The notes: generated by a model from the sequence alone, not told the origin. A DNA stretch of 64,000 bases from an uncultured Alphaproteobacteria bacterium (GCA_963732795.1 CAVTAV010000001.1:230927-294926), one strand, 5' to 3'; shown: positions 1 to 8,933, counted from the stretch's first letter. Program-made: numbers and translations.

Positions 1-175
1 TGAGCTTCTGCTTGGCGCGAAGCTGCACGCCGAAGTCGGAGACCTTGCCCTTGCGGCGCTGGCCATGGACGCCCGGTCCATAGTCGCGGCGGTTGACCGG
101 GCTCTTGGGGCGGCCCCAGAGGTTCTCGCCCATGCGCCGGTCGATTTTATATTTTGCTTCTGCCCGCTTCGTCAT
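1..175 (-). CDS. rpsD: 30S ribosomal protein S4, N-terminal part (gene continues beyond window start)
   Basis: Reverse-complement translation from the ATG at 173-175 gives [58 protein letters not shown], the conserved S4 N-terminus. Confidence 0.85.
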   Translation of the reverse strand, partial: MTKRAEAKYKIDRRMGENLWGRPKSPVNRRDYGPGVHGQRRKGKVSDFGVQLRAKQKL

Positions 176-263
176 GCGTTAAGTCACTTCGTCCTTGCTA
201 CGGCTTGAATAGAAGGCGCGTACTATATCCGCCGCCGCGCGCTTGTCAAATGGCGCGAAGACC

Positions 264-1085
264 TTAATTTCCGCCCGAATCGCCGTTTCGGGTCAGCGCC
301 TTGATGACGCCCCGGAGCGTGCGGATGTCCTGCTCCGAAAACTGGCCTTTTTGCAAGAGGTTACGGAGATTCCTCACCATTGCCGGGCGCTTCTCCGGTG
401 GCCTCAGGAATCCGGCTGCATCCAGCTCCGCCTCCAGGTGCTCGAAAAGGCGTACGAGGTCCTCCTTGGGCGCGGGCGGCGGCAGGTCGGGCGAGGGCAG
501 GCGGTCGGAAACCGCGGCGGTGAACCACTCGTAGCCGATGATCAGCACCGCCTGGGCCAGATTCAGCGAGGAAAACTCGGGGCTCGCCGGGATATGGAGG
601 ATCTTGTTCGAGAGCGCCACGTCGTCATTGTCGAGCCCGGCCTTTTCCGGCCCGAACAGGATGCCGCAGCGCTCGCCCCGGCCGATCCTCTCGGCCATTT
701 CCGCCGCCGCTTCCCTGGGCGTCGCGGCGGGCTTGGCCATATGACGCGCCCGCGCCGTCGTCGCGAAAACGAGCGAGAGGTCGGCGACGGCATCCTCGGT
801 CTGGCGCGCGAGCTTCGCCAACTCGAGAATTGCATCGGCCCCCGCCGCCATGGGCACCGCCGCCGGGTTGGGCCAGCCGTCGCGCGGCGCGACGAGCCTC
901 AAGTCGGTCAGCCCGAAATTGCGCATGGCGCGCGCCGTCGCGCCGATATTCTCGCCGAGCTGGGGTTTGACCAGGATGATCGCGGGCGCGGGCCCGTCCG
1001 CCGCACTACTTGCCACGATGCGGCGCCATCCAGGAGAAGAGCTTGCCGCCAAAGGCATAGCCAATGCCGACGAATACCACGGCAA
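264..1085 (-). CDS. SpoU/TrmH-family RNA 2'-O-methyltransferase (TrmJ-like)
   Basis: 273-aa ORF with PAIILVKPQLGENIGATARAMRNFG and ILFGPEKAGL motifs typical of SpoU methyltransferases. An alternative start at 1058 is possible. The 5' end overlaps the nrsF stop. Confidence 0.72.
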   Translation of the reverse strand: MPWYSSALAMPLAASSSPGWRRIVASSAADGPAPAIILVKPQLGENIGATARAMRNFGLTDLRLVAPRDGWPNPAAVPMAAGADAILELAKLARQTEDAVADLSLVFATTARARHMAKPAATPREAAAEMAERIGRGERCGILFGPEKAGLDNDDVALSNKILHIPASPEFSSLNLAQAVLIIGYEWFTAAVSDRLPSPDLPPPAPKEDLVRLFEHLEAELDAAGFLRPPEKRPAMVRNLRNLLQKGQFSEQDIRTLRGVIKALTRNGDSGGN

Positions 1086-1674
1086 GGCCGAGATTCCAGA
1101 ACAGGATCATGACCGTGGCGTCCTCGTCATGGATATGGATCAGCGAATGCGCGGTCGCCGTGATCGCCGCCACCGCGAGGCTTCCGGTAATCATGGCGCC
1201 GGTCGGACGCAACGGCGCGGCATGGCGCAACATGACGAGGAGGGCAATGAAGATCGGCAGGCTGGTGAGCGCCACCACCACGAAGCAATCCGCCGATCCC
1301 CCGAGACTGAACCCGTTCGGCCCGAAGGACACCCAATCGGTCAGGCACTGATAGCCCAGCGTCGAGAGCCAAAGAACGAGAGCGGGCAACGGCAGCGCTG
1401 CCCAGGCCCGCGAACGGTCCGGCTGGCTCAGCATGAAGCTCGCCAACGCCGCCAGCACGGCCGTCAGCACCGCGCCGGCCAGATTGGCGTCGAACTGCAT
1501 CTGATGAAACCGCGCGGCGAGGTCCGCCCGGAAGCCCTCGACCAGCGCCGCCAGCACCAGCACGCCGACCCCGATCGCCAGCCAGGAGGCCGCGCGCAGC
1601 AGCGGCGGCCGCAACGGCTTCACCGGCGCCGCTTCCGCCGCAAGCTGGTCTATAAGGTCTGGCGTCGTGGTCAC
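1006..1674 (-). CDS. nrsF: DUF1109-family membrane protein, putative anti-sigma-F factor NrsF
   Basis: 222-aa polytopic membrane ORF with six hydrophobic segments. Its start overlaps the stop of the upstream ECF sigma gene (ATGA overlap), the typical sigF-nrsF arrangement. Confidence 0.7.
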   Translation of the reverse strand: MTTTPDLIDQLAAEAAPVKPLRPPLLRAASWLAIGVGVLVLAALVEGFRADLAARFHQMQFDANLAGAVLTAVLAALASFMLSQPDRSRAWAALPLPALVLWLSTLGYQCLTDWVSFGPNGFSLGGSADCFVVVALTSLPIFIALLVMLRHAAPLRPTGAMITGSLAVAAITATAHSLIHIHDEDATVMILFWNLGLAVVFVGIGYAFGGKLFSWMAPHRGK

Positions 1675-2240
1675 GGCTCGGAGCTCCTGGCGCTCAGAAT
1701 CTTCCGCAAATTGATCAAGGCCCGATGGGTCGCCACCTTGAGGGCGGTGACCGACGTGCCGGTCGTCTCGGAAGCCTCTTTTAGCGACATCTCGTTCAGC
1801 TTCAACATCTGGATCGCCTGGCGCTGACCCGCCGGCAGGCTTTCGATCGCCGCATGCAGGTCGCGCCGGTCCAGAACATCCTCACCCCTATTCGCTTGGG
1901 GCGCGGCAAAGGTTTCCTCATGGGCGGCGGCAAGCGCCTCATATGTCCGGGCCCGCCCTGTCTTGCGCAACCGATCGACGATCCGGCGATGGGCGATCGC
2001 CACCAGCCAAGGGCCGAAGGGCCGCGTCGGATCATAGGTCCGGCGCACCGCATGGATGGTCAGCAGGATATCCTGGACCGTATCCTCGACCTCACTCGGA
2101 TCGCGCAGCTTTCCGGCCGCCAGCGAGCGCAGATAGGGCGCGGCCTCCTGCAGCAATTGCCGATAGGCCGTCCCGTCGCCCGATTGGGCGCGGGCCATGA
2201 GGTCGGACCAGTCGGACCTTATCGGTGTGTCGCCGGACAT
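1671..2240 (-). CDS. sigF: ECF RNA polymerase sigma factor (sigma-70 family, SigF-like)
   Basis: 189-aa ORF with a sigma-70 region 2 (DTVQDILLTIHAVRRTYDPTRPFGPWLVAIAHRRIVDRLR) and a region 4 HTH (QRQAIQMLKLNEMSLKEASETTGTSVTALKVATHRALINLRK). It is co-transcribed with nrsF. Confidence 0.82.
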   Translation of the reverse strand: MSGDTPIRSDWSDLMARAQSGDGTAYRQLLQEAAPYLRSLAAGKLRDPSEVEDTVQDILLTIHAVRRTYDPTRPFGPWLVAIAHRRIVDRLRKTGRARTYEALAAAHEETFAAPQANRGEDVLDRRDLHAAIESLPAGQRQAIQMLKLNEMSLKEASETTGTSVTALKVATHRALINLRKILSARSSEP

Positions 2241-2329
2241 AAGTTCTCTTACGACGGCCCCGGAACCGGGTCAAATGCGGCCGCACACAAACTTGTGACC
2301 GGGATTGCAGACAAAATTTTCGGGCCGGC

Positions 2330-2355
2330 GTAACCCGCGGCGCCCGCCCCGCGAA
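2330..2355 (+). promoter_or_regulatory. ECF sigma (SigF-type) promoter GTAACC-N16-CGAA upstream of the first DUF2282 precursor
   Basis: GTAACC at 2330-2335, an exact 16-nt spacer, then CGAA at 2352-2355. It lies 45 nt upstream of the ATG at 2401, and a GGAGG RBS sits at 2386-2390. Confidence 0.6.
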
Positions 2356-2400
2356 CCTCCCCCTGTAAATCGAAACCCAAACCCTCGAGGAGGTTCCGTC

Positions 2401-2700
2401 ATGAATCGCTTACTCGCAGCCACCGCTCTCACCGCCGCCCTTGGCCTCGCCGGGGCGTACACCGCCGTCCAGGCCGCCGAGGGCGACATGCCCCAGATCG
2501 TCAAGGACAACATGATGCGCGCCAAGGCCCAGCACCTGGAGAAGTGCTACGGCATCAACGCGGCCGCCAAGAACGACTGCGCCGAGGGCGCCCACTCCTG
2601 CGCCGGCCAGGCGACCATGCCGCGCGATCCCAAGTCCTTCGTGCTTCTGCCCATGGGCGACTGCGCGAAGATCGCGGGCGGCTCGACGACGGCGGCTTGA
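2401..2700 (+). CDS. bufA: DUF2282-family secreted Cys4 precursor peptide (bufferin/GigP-like)
   Basis: 99-aa protein. It has a Sec-type signal peptide (MNRLLAATALTAALGLAGAYTAVQAA) followed by EKCYGINAAAKNDCAEGAHSCAGQ...MGDCAKIAGGS with four Cys. Confidence 0.8.
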   Translation: MNRLLAATALTAALGLAGAYTAVQAAEGDMPQIVKDNMMRAKAQHLEKCYGINAAAKNDCAEGAHSCAGQATMPRDPKSFVLLPMGDCAKIAGGSTTAA

Positions 2701-2736
2701 TTGGGCCTAAGCCGACCGGTACCGGGCGGCCGGGTC

Positions 2737-2762
2737 GTAACCTTTTCAAGTGCACGGCCGAA
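2737..2762 (+). promoter_or_regulatory. Second ECF (SigF-type) promoter GTAACC-N16-CGAA upstream of the second DUF2282 precursor
   Basis: GTAACC at 2737-2742, a 16-nt spacer, then CGAA at 2759-2762. It is 62 nt upstream of the ATG at 2825, with an AAGGAAGG RBS. Confidence 0.6.
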
Positions 2763-2824
2763 CTATCGAACGGTGACCAAAGGTGACCAGCACTTCCCAC
2801 CAACACCAAGGAAGGTTTCTAAGG

Positions 2825-3187
2825 ATGAAAAGCAATCGAAGCATCGCCACGTCCGTCCTCGTTTCGGCAGTGGGCCTCTCCCTCGTGGCAGGTCTGACGC
2901 CGACGTCTGCGGCGGAGAACGCGACCATGCAGCAGAAGCTCGAGCAGATGCTCAAGATGCATCCGGGTGCCAGCAAGGAGACGATCGAAGCAAACATGAA
3001 GCGGGTCGCGAAGAACCATCTCGCCCGCTGCTACGGCATCAACGCGGTCGCCAAAAACGACTGCGCCTCGGGCGCCCATTCCTGCTCGGGGCAGTCGACC
3101 ATGGCGCGGGACCCCTCAGCCTTCGTGCTGTTGCCCGCTGGCGATTGCGCGAAGATCGCGGGCGGGTCAACCAAAGGTCCGATGTAA
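2825..3187 (+). CDS. bufA: DUF2282-family secreted Cys4 precursor peptide, second paralogue
   Basis: 120-aa protein. Signal peptide MKSNRSIATSVLVSAVGLSLVAGLTPTSAAE, an extra ~35-aa linker, then ARCYGINAVAKNDCASGAHSCSGQ...AGDCAKIAGGS with the same Cys4 pattern. Confidence 0.78.
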   Translation: MKSNRSIATSVLVSAVGLSLVAGLTPTSAAENATMQQKLEQMLKMHPGASKETIEANMKRVAKNHLARCYGINAVAKNDCASGAHSCSGQSTMARDPSAFVLLPAGDCAKIAGGSTKGPM

Positions 3188-3198
3188 GTCGCCGATTG

Positions 3199-4089
3199 AT
3201 GTCTCCGATGATGACCAGCCCAAAGCCATCGTCGGGCCCGGTCCCCGCTTCGGCGGGGATCGGGCTGCGCTTCCCGCACCATCGGGCCGTGGCCGAGACC
3301 GCTCCGGCCATCGCCTGGCTCGAGGTTCACACTGAGAACTATGTGGGCGGCGGGCCTTCGGTCAGCACGCTGGAGGCGATCCGGCGGGACTATCCGATCT
3401 CGTGCCATGGCGTGGGGCTGTCGCTTGGAAGCGCCGAGGGGATCGAAAAGCGGCATCTTGCGCGCATCGGTGACGTAATCGAGCGTTTCGAGCCCGGCCT
3501 CGTCTCCGAGCATCTGTCCTGGAGCGTCTCCGGCGGGACCTATCTCGCAGATCTCCTGCCGTTGCCGATGACCGAGGAGGCGCTCGATATCGTCTGCCGC
3601 AATGTCGAGACGGTTCAAGACCGGCTCAAGCGCCGCATTCTGGTCGAGAACCCGTCGAGCTATCTCCGTTATCGCCATTCGACCATCCCCGAGGCCGAGT
3701 TCATCGCCGCCGTCGCCGGACGCACCGGTTGCGGCATCCTCTGCGACGTCAACAATATTTATGTCAGCGCGCACAACCACGGTTGGGACGCTCGGGCCTA
3801 TCTCGCGGGCCTGCCGGCTGAGGCGGTCGGCGAAATCCATCTCGCCGGTCATTCGGCGCGCCGGTTGGAGAACGGCCGCACGATCCTGATCGACGACCAC
3901 GGCTCGCGGGTGATCCCGGAGGTTTGGGCACTCTATGAGGCGGCTCTGCAACGCTTCGGCCCGGTCCCGAGCCTGATCGAATGGGACACCAACGTCCCGG
4001 CGCTCGACGTGCTTCTGGACGAAGCCGCCGGGGCGGCCGCCCGGCTCACCGCCTTTGGCAAGGAGAACGGCAATGCCGACGCTGCTTGA
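3199..4089 (+). CDS. bufB: DUF692-family protein (MNIO / MbnB-TglH-like multinuclear iron oxidase; BufB/GigA-like)
   Basis: ~296-aa ORF (the listed 462-aa ORF is over-extended upstream). The region IGLRFPHH...AWLEVHTENY...VSEHLSW...HLAGH is characteristic of DUF692 TIM-barrel enzymes. Confidence 0.78.
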   Translation: MSPMMTSPKPSSGPVPASAGIGLRFPHHRAVAETAPAIAWLEVHTENYVGGGPSVSTLEAIRRDYPISCHGVGLSLGSAEGIEKRHLARIGDVIERFEPGLVSEHLSWSVSGGTYLADLLPLPMTEEALDIVCRNVETVQDRLKRRILVENPSSYLRYRHSTIPEAEFIAAVAGRTGCGILCDVNNIYVSAHNHGWDARAYLAGLPAEAVGEIHLAGHSARRLENGRTILIDDHGSRVIPEVWALYEAALQRFGPVPSLIEWDTNVPALDVLLDEAAGAAARLTAFGKENGNADAA

Positions 4090-4858
4090 GATCGAACGCG
4101 CCGTCCGCGCCGCCTTGCTCGATCCCGGCAACGACGATGCTCTCCGGCACATCGTCGCCGACGGCATCGCGCCGGAGAATCGCCTCGCGATCTATCGCAA
4201 CACGTATGTTTCGGGCGCGGTCAAAGCCCTTGAGCTCAATTTCCCGGCGGTTCGGAATCTGGTCGGCAACGAATTCTTCGAAGGCGCGGCGCGGATCTAT
4301 ATCGATGCAAATCCGCCCGAGAGCGCGTGTCTCGATGATTACGGCGCGGGTTTCCCGGACTTTCTGGCCGATTTCCCGCCCGCGCAATCGCTCGCCTATC
4401 TCGGCGACGTCGCGCGTCTGGAGTGGATGGTGTCGCGCGTCCTGCATGCTGCCGACACGCCGTCCCTCGACGTCGCCCGCCTGTCCGCGGTTCCGCCGGA
4501 GGATCACGGCCGCATCCGCTTCGCGCCGAGTCCCTCGGCCGGCCTCATTCGCGCGGATTGCCCCGCTGATGAGATCTGGCGCGCGGTCCTCGACGGCGAT
4601 GACGATGCGATGGCCGCGGTCGATCCCGGCGCGGGGCCGATCTGGCTCCTGGTCCGGCGCGGGACTATGGGCATCGACGTCGCACGGCTCGACGAAGCCG
4701 ACGCCCGCTTTCTTCTGCTGCTGATCGACGGCACGCCCCTCGACGACGCGCTGGCCATGGCGGGCGACATCGACGGCCCCGCCGTCCTCGCCCGGTTTCT
4801 CACCGGCGGCGTCTTTGCCGGATTCGACCTTCAGAAAGAACAGGGAGCTTCCCGATGA
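4073..4858 (+). CDS. bufC: DUF2063-family protein (MbnC/TglI-like partner of DUF692; BufC/GigB-like)
   Basis: ~261-aa ORF overlapping the bufB 3' end. The N-terminus MPTLLEIERAVRAALLDPGNDDALRHIVADGIAPENRLAIYRNTY is typical of DUF2063. Confidence 0.72.
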   Translation: MPTLLEIERAVRAALLDPGNDDALRHIVADGIAPENRLAIYRNTYVSGAVKALELNFPAVRNLVGNEFFEGAARIYIDANPPESACLDDYGAGFPDFLADFPPAQSLAYLGDVARLEWMVSRVLHAADTPSLDVARLSAVPPEDHGRIRFAPSPSAGLIRADCPADEIWRAVLDGDDDAMAAVDPGAGPIWLLVRRGTMGIDVARLDEADARFLLLLIDGTPLDDALAMAGDIDGPAVLARFLTGGVFAGFDLQKEQGASR

Positions 4859-5325
4859 CCACCACCGAAACCGCGACGGCCCGTCCGTCCTCCATGCTCA
4901 CGCTCTGCCGCCGCATCCTCACATGGCTCGACGCGATCCCGTATACGCTCCTGGCGATCCCCTTTCGGTTCGCCGTCGCGACGGTGTTCTGGAATTCGGC
5001 TCAGACCCACCTCGCAAATTGGGACACGACGCTCTACCTGTTCGAGAACGACTACGCCCTGCCGTTCCTACCGCCCCATCTCGCGGCCCATATGGCCGTC
5101 GCGATCGAGGTGTCGACGCCGATCCTTTTGGTCCTCGGCCTCCTCACCCGTCCGGCTGCGGCGGTGCTGCTCGGCATGACCCTGGTGATCGAAATCTTCG
5201 TCTACCCCATGGCCTGGCCGACCCATATCCAATGGGCCGCGATGGTGCTCGTGCTGCTGGCGCGAGGGCCGGGGAAGCTGTCGGTGGATTGGCTGGTGAG
5301 GCGGAAGGTGTTAGGCGAAGGCTGA
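4855..5325 (+). CDS. bufD: DoxX-family membrane protein (BufD/GigT-like)
   Basis: 156-aa ORF with four TM segments. ATGA overlap with bufC. Confidence 0.72.
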   Translation: MTTTETATARPSSMLTLCRRILTWLDAIPYTLLAIPFRFAVATVFWNSAQTHLANWDTTLYLFENDYALPFLPPHLAAHMAVAIEVSTPILLVLGLLTRPAAAVLLGMTLVIEIFVYPMAWPTHIQWAAMVLVLLARGPGKLSVDWLVRRKVLGEG

Positions 5326-5329
5326 AACA

Positions 5330-5440
5330 CTCTCAGTCGTCATGCCAGCGAAGGCTGGCATCCAGAGCAGCGTCCGACACGGAATCCGACCCAAACACCC
5401 TGGACCCCAGCATCCGCTGGGGTGACGGAACGGGCGGTGG
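5330..5440. repeat. Dispersed intergenic hairpin repeat, copy 1 (ATGCCAGCgaagGCTGGCAT hairpin plus a CCCCAGC...GCTGGGG hairpin)
   Basis: tcgtcatgccagcgaaggctggcatccag at 5337-5365 followed by ccccagcatccgctgggg. It recurs at 20288-20377 and, inverted and partial, at 46384-46412. Confidence 0.7.
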
Positions 5441-7066
5441 TCAGCCCGTCCCCGCCGGCGCGCCGTCGCGATAGAGCTTGTAGGTCAGGCTGTCGTTCAG
5501 GGCCTGGAACGAGGCGTCCACGATGTTCGGTGAGACGCCGACCGTGAACCAGCGGCGGCCTTCGCCATCCGCGCTTTCGATCATGACGCGGGTGACGGCG
5601 TTGGTGCCGTCGCCGGTGCCCTGGTTGAGGATGCGGACCTTGTAATCGACGAGGCGCAGATCCTCGATATAGGGCGAGTATTTGCCAAGGTCCTTGCGGA
5701 GCGCGACGTCGAGCGCGTTGACCGGGCCGTTGCCTTCGCCGACCGACATGAATTCCTCGCCGTCGACTGTCAGCTTCACTGTCGCCTCGGACATGGTCAC
5801 GAGCTCGCCCTTGGCGTTGTAGCGGCGCTCCACCAGCGTGCGGAAGCTGTCGACGTTGAAGTAGGTCGGCACCTCGCCGAGCGTGCGCCGCGCGAGAAGC
5901 TCGAAGCTCGCCGCCGCGCCGTCATAGGAATAGCCGTCGAACTCGCGCTCCTTGACGATTTCGAGGAGGCGCTTGAGCTTCGGGTTCTTCGGATCGACCT
6001 CGACGCCGATCTCGTTGAGCCGCGCGACGATATTGGCGACGCCGGACTGGTCCGAGACCAGGATCTGCCGTTCGTTGCCGACCGTCTCCGGCGGAATGTG
6101 CTCGTAGGTCTTCGGATCCTTCAGGACCGCCGAGACATGCAGCCCGCCCTTATGCGCGAAGGCCGAGGCGCCGACATAGGCGGCGTTGCGGGCCGGGCGC
6201 GCGGTTCAAGGTTTCGTCCAACTGGCGCGACAGGCCGGTCAGCTTCTTCAAAGCCTCCTCGGAGATGCCGGTATCGACGAGATCGCGATAGGTCGGCTTC
6301 AGGACCAGCGATCGGGATCAGCGAGATCAGATTCGCATTGCCGCAGCGCTCGCCGAGGCCGTTGATCGTGCCCTGGATCTGCCGCGCGCCGGCGCGGACG
6401 GCGGCGAGGCTGTTGGCGACGGCGTTCTCGGTGTCGTTATGGGCATGGATGCCGAGCTTAGTGTCCGGGATGGTCTCGGCGACCTTGGCGACGATGCGCT
6501 CGACCTCGTCGGGCAGGGTCCCGCCATTCGTGTCGCACAGCACCAGCCACCGCGCGCCCGCGTCATGGGCCGCCTTGAGGCAGTCCATCGCGTAGCCCGG
6601 ATTGGCCTTGTAGCCGTCGAAGAAGTGCTCGGCGTCGAACAATGGCTCGCGTTCGCGCTTGGCGACCTCGGCGACGCTATCGCGGATCAGCTCCAGATTT
6701 TCGTCGAGCGAAATCTCGAGCGCGACCTTGACATGGAAATCCCAGGTCTTGCCGACGAGGCAGATCGCCTTGGCATCGGCATCGAACAGCGCCGCGAGGC
6801 CCGGATCGTTCTCGACGCTACGGCCCGGCCGGCGGGTCATGCCGAAGGCGGTGAAGGTTGCGGTGCCCAAGCGTCGGCGCCTTGGCGAAGAAAGCCGTAT
6901 CGGTCGGGTTCGCCCCCGGCCAGCCGCCTTCGACATAGGCGACGCCGATCTTGTCGAGCGCCGTCGCCAGGAGCCGCTTGTCTTCGACGCTGAAATCGAC
7001 GCCCTGGGTCTGCGCGCCGTCGCGGAGCGTCGTGTCGTAGAGATAGAGGCGTTCGCGCTTGCTCAT
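5441..7066 (-). pseudogene. cimA: Citramalate synthase / 2-isopropylmalate synthase family (LeuA-CimA), interrupted by several indels
   Basis: N-terminal fragment [30 protein letters not shown] (start 7066). Middle fragment 6121-6936 with the HAHNDTENAVANSLAAVRAGARQIQGTINGLGERCGNA catalytic region. C-terminal regulatory-domain fragment 5441-5872. At least three frame changes. Confidence 0.7.
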
Positions 7067-8461
7067 CCTGCGCGCCTCCATGTGGTTCCGGCGGGGCCGT
7101 CCTCCAGGATCACGCCATTGGCTTTGAGCTCGTCGCGGATGCGGTCGGACTTCGGCGAAATCGCGCTGCTTTCTGGCGGCGTTCCTTGCGGCGATCAGGT
7201 CTTCGATCTTGGACTCCGGAAGCCCGTCCCCGCCGTCGGCGCCCTTGAGCCAGGCCTCCGGCGCTTGCCGCAGCACGCCCAGGATCTTGCCACCCGCCAG
7301 CATCATCGCCTTCAATTCCGCCTTCTCGATCTCGCTCTCCGCCTTGTTCGCATCGCGCGCCAGATCGTGGAGCGCGGCGAAGGCTTCCGGCGTGTTGAGG
7401 TCGTCCTCGATGGCGCGGATGACGTGGCTTTCGCCGACATCCTTGGCCGGCTCGACATCGGCGAGCCTCTGCATCGCGAGGTAGAGCCGGTCGAGCGAGC
7501 GCTTGGCCTGCTCCAAGCCGTCCTCGGACCAGTTCAACGGCGCGCGGTAATGGGCCGACAGCATGAGATAGCGCGCGGCCTCCGCCGGCCAATTTTTCAG
7601 GACCTCATGCACCTTGGTGATATTGCCGAGGCTCTTCGACATCTTCTCGTCCTGGACCGTCAGAAACCCGTTATGCAGCCAGTAATTCGCCATCGGCTTG
7701 CCGTGATGGGCGCATTTGCTCTGGGCGATCTCGTTCTCGTGGTGGGGGAAGATCAGGTCCACGCCGCCGCCATGGATGTCGAAGGTCTCGCCGAGATGGG
7801 TCTCGCTCATGGCCGAGCATTCGATATGCCAGCCCGGCCGGCCCTTGCCCCAGGGGCTGTCCCAGCCGGGATGGTCGCCGGCCGGCTTCCACAGCACGAA
7901 ATCGGCCGGGTCCTTCTTGTAGGGCGCGACCTCGACCCGCGCGCCCGCGATCATGTCGTCGCGGTTGCGGCCCGAGAACGCGCCGTAATCCGGCATGGAG
8001 GTCACGTCGAACAGCACGTGCCCTTCGGCGACTGATAGGCATGGCCCGACGTCGATGAGCTCTCCCGATCATCGCGATCATCTGCGGGATATGCTCGGTC
8101 GCGCGCGGCACGACCGTCGGCGGCAGGGCGCCGAGCGCGGCCATGTCCTCGGCAGTAGATCGAGGCGAAACGCTCGGTGATCGCACTCCATCGGCTCGCC
8201 GGTCTTCTCATGGGCGGCGATGATCTTGTCGTCGACGTCGGTGACGTTGGCGACGATAGGTGACGTCGTAGCCCTTGGCCACGGAAATAGCGGTGCAGCA
8301 CGTCGAACACGATCACCGGCCGCGCGTTGCCGATATGGGCGTAGTCGTAGACCGTCGGCCCGCAGACATACATGCCCACATGGCCGGGCGTGATCGGCTC
8401 GAAAGCCGCGCTTCTCGCGGCGCGCGGTATCGTAAAGGACCAGGGCCACCGGCCGCTCCAT
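7063..8461 (-). pseudogene. cysS: Cysteine--tRNA ligase, multiple frameshifts (likely sequence error)
   Basis: Fragments [12 protein letters not shown]..., [32 protein letters not shown] (HIGH motif) and ...[18 protein letters not shown]...KMSKSLGN (KMSKS motif) lie in three frames. The stop overlaps the cimA start. Confidence 0.75.
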
Positions 8462-8544
8462 TACCGGACGAAATTACAGAACTGCCGGCCGGTATTTAAC
8501 GACTAACTGCCCCGGTCACAAGGATATGCTGCGGGTTCAGACCT

Positions 8545-8872
8545 CGACGATTTCGGCGTCCGGCGCGTTCTTCATGACCGAATTCGACGCCGTTCTGCGC
8601 CGCCGAGGACGAGGAATAGCCCTGGGACTGCAGGATGGTCTCGCCATTCACGGCCTTCAGGCGGAAATAGTGCTTGTCCGTCGCTGCCGACGAAAATCTC
8701 GAAACGCCCGCCGTCCGCGCGAGTTCTTCTTGACCGAGATGATGCCGTTCGTAGCGTTGGCCTTAGCCTTGTAGCCTTCGGAGGCGCCGATCGTTTCGCC
8801 GTTCGAAGCCTTCAACCGGAATCGGTACTCGCCAGCCTTATCCTGATACAGCTCGAATTTGCCTTTGGCCAT
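8545..8872 (-). pseudogene. DUF1508 (YegP-like) tandem-repeat protein, frameshifted
   Basis: MAKGKFELYQDKAGEYRFRLKASNGETIGASEGYKAKANATNGIISVKKNS from the ATG at 8872 with an AGGAGG RBS. The second repeat (FEIFVGSDG.HYFRLKAVNGETILQSQGY) is in another frame. Confidence 0.6.
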
Positions 8873-8933
8873 TTTGGCCTCCTGTGCGTGAGTGACGAAC
8901 CCAAGAGGCAAGAAGACACGACCCGATCCTCCA

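Noticed and set aside
243-1827. Long plus-strand ORFs 243..1112 and 850..1827 (289 and 325 aa)
   Set aside because: They lie antisense to well-supported trmJ-like and nrsF genes. Their Arg/Gly/Pro-rich composition is typical of high-GC antisense artefacts.
2240-2330. An autoregulatory SigF-type promoter upstream of sigF
   Set aside because: No GGTTAC...TTCG (reverse-orientation GTAACC-N16-CGAA) match was found in the sigF 5' region. The only motif copies face the precursor genes.
6659-8035. 458-aa plus-strand ORF antisense to cimA and cysS
   Set aside because: It overlaps conserved aminoacyl-tRNA synthetase and LeuA-family coding sequence on the other strand. It has no recognisable motifs and an Arg/Leu/Ala-biased composition.
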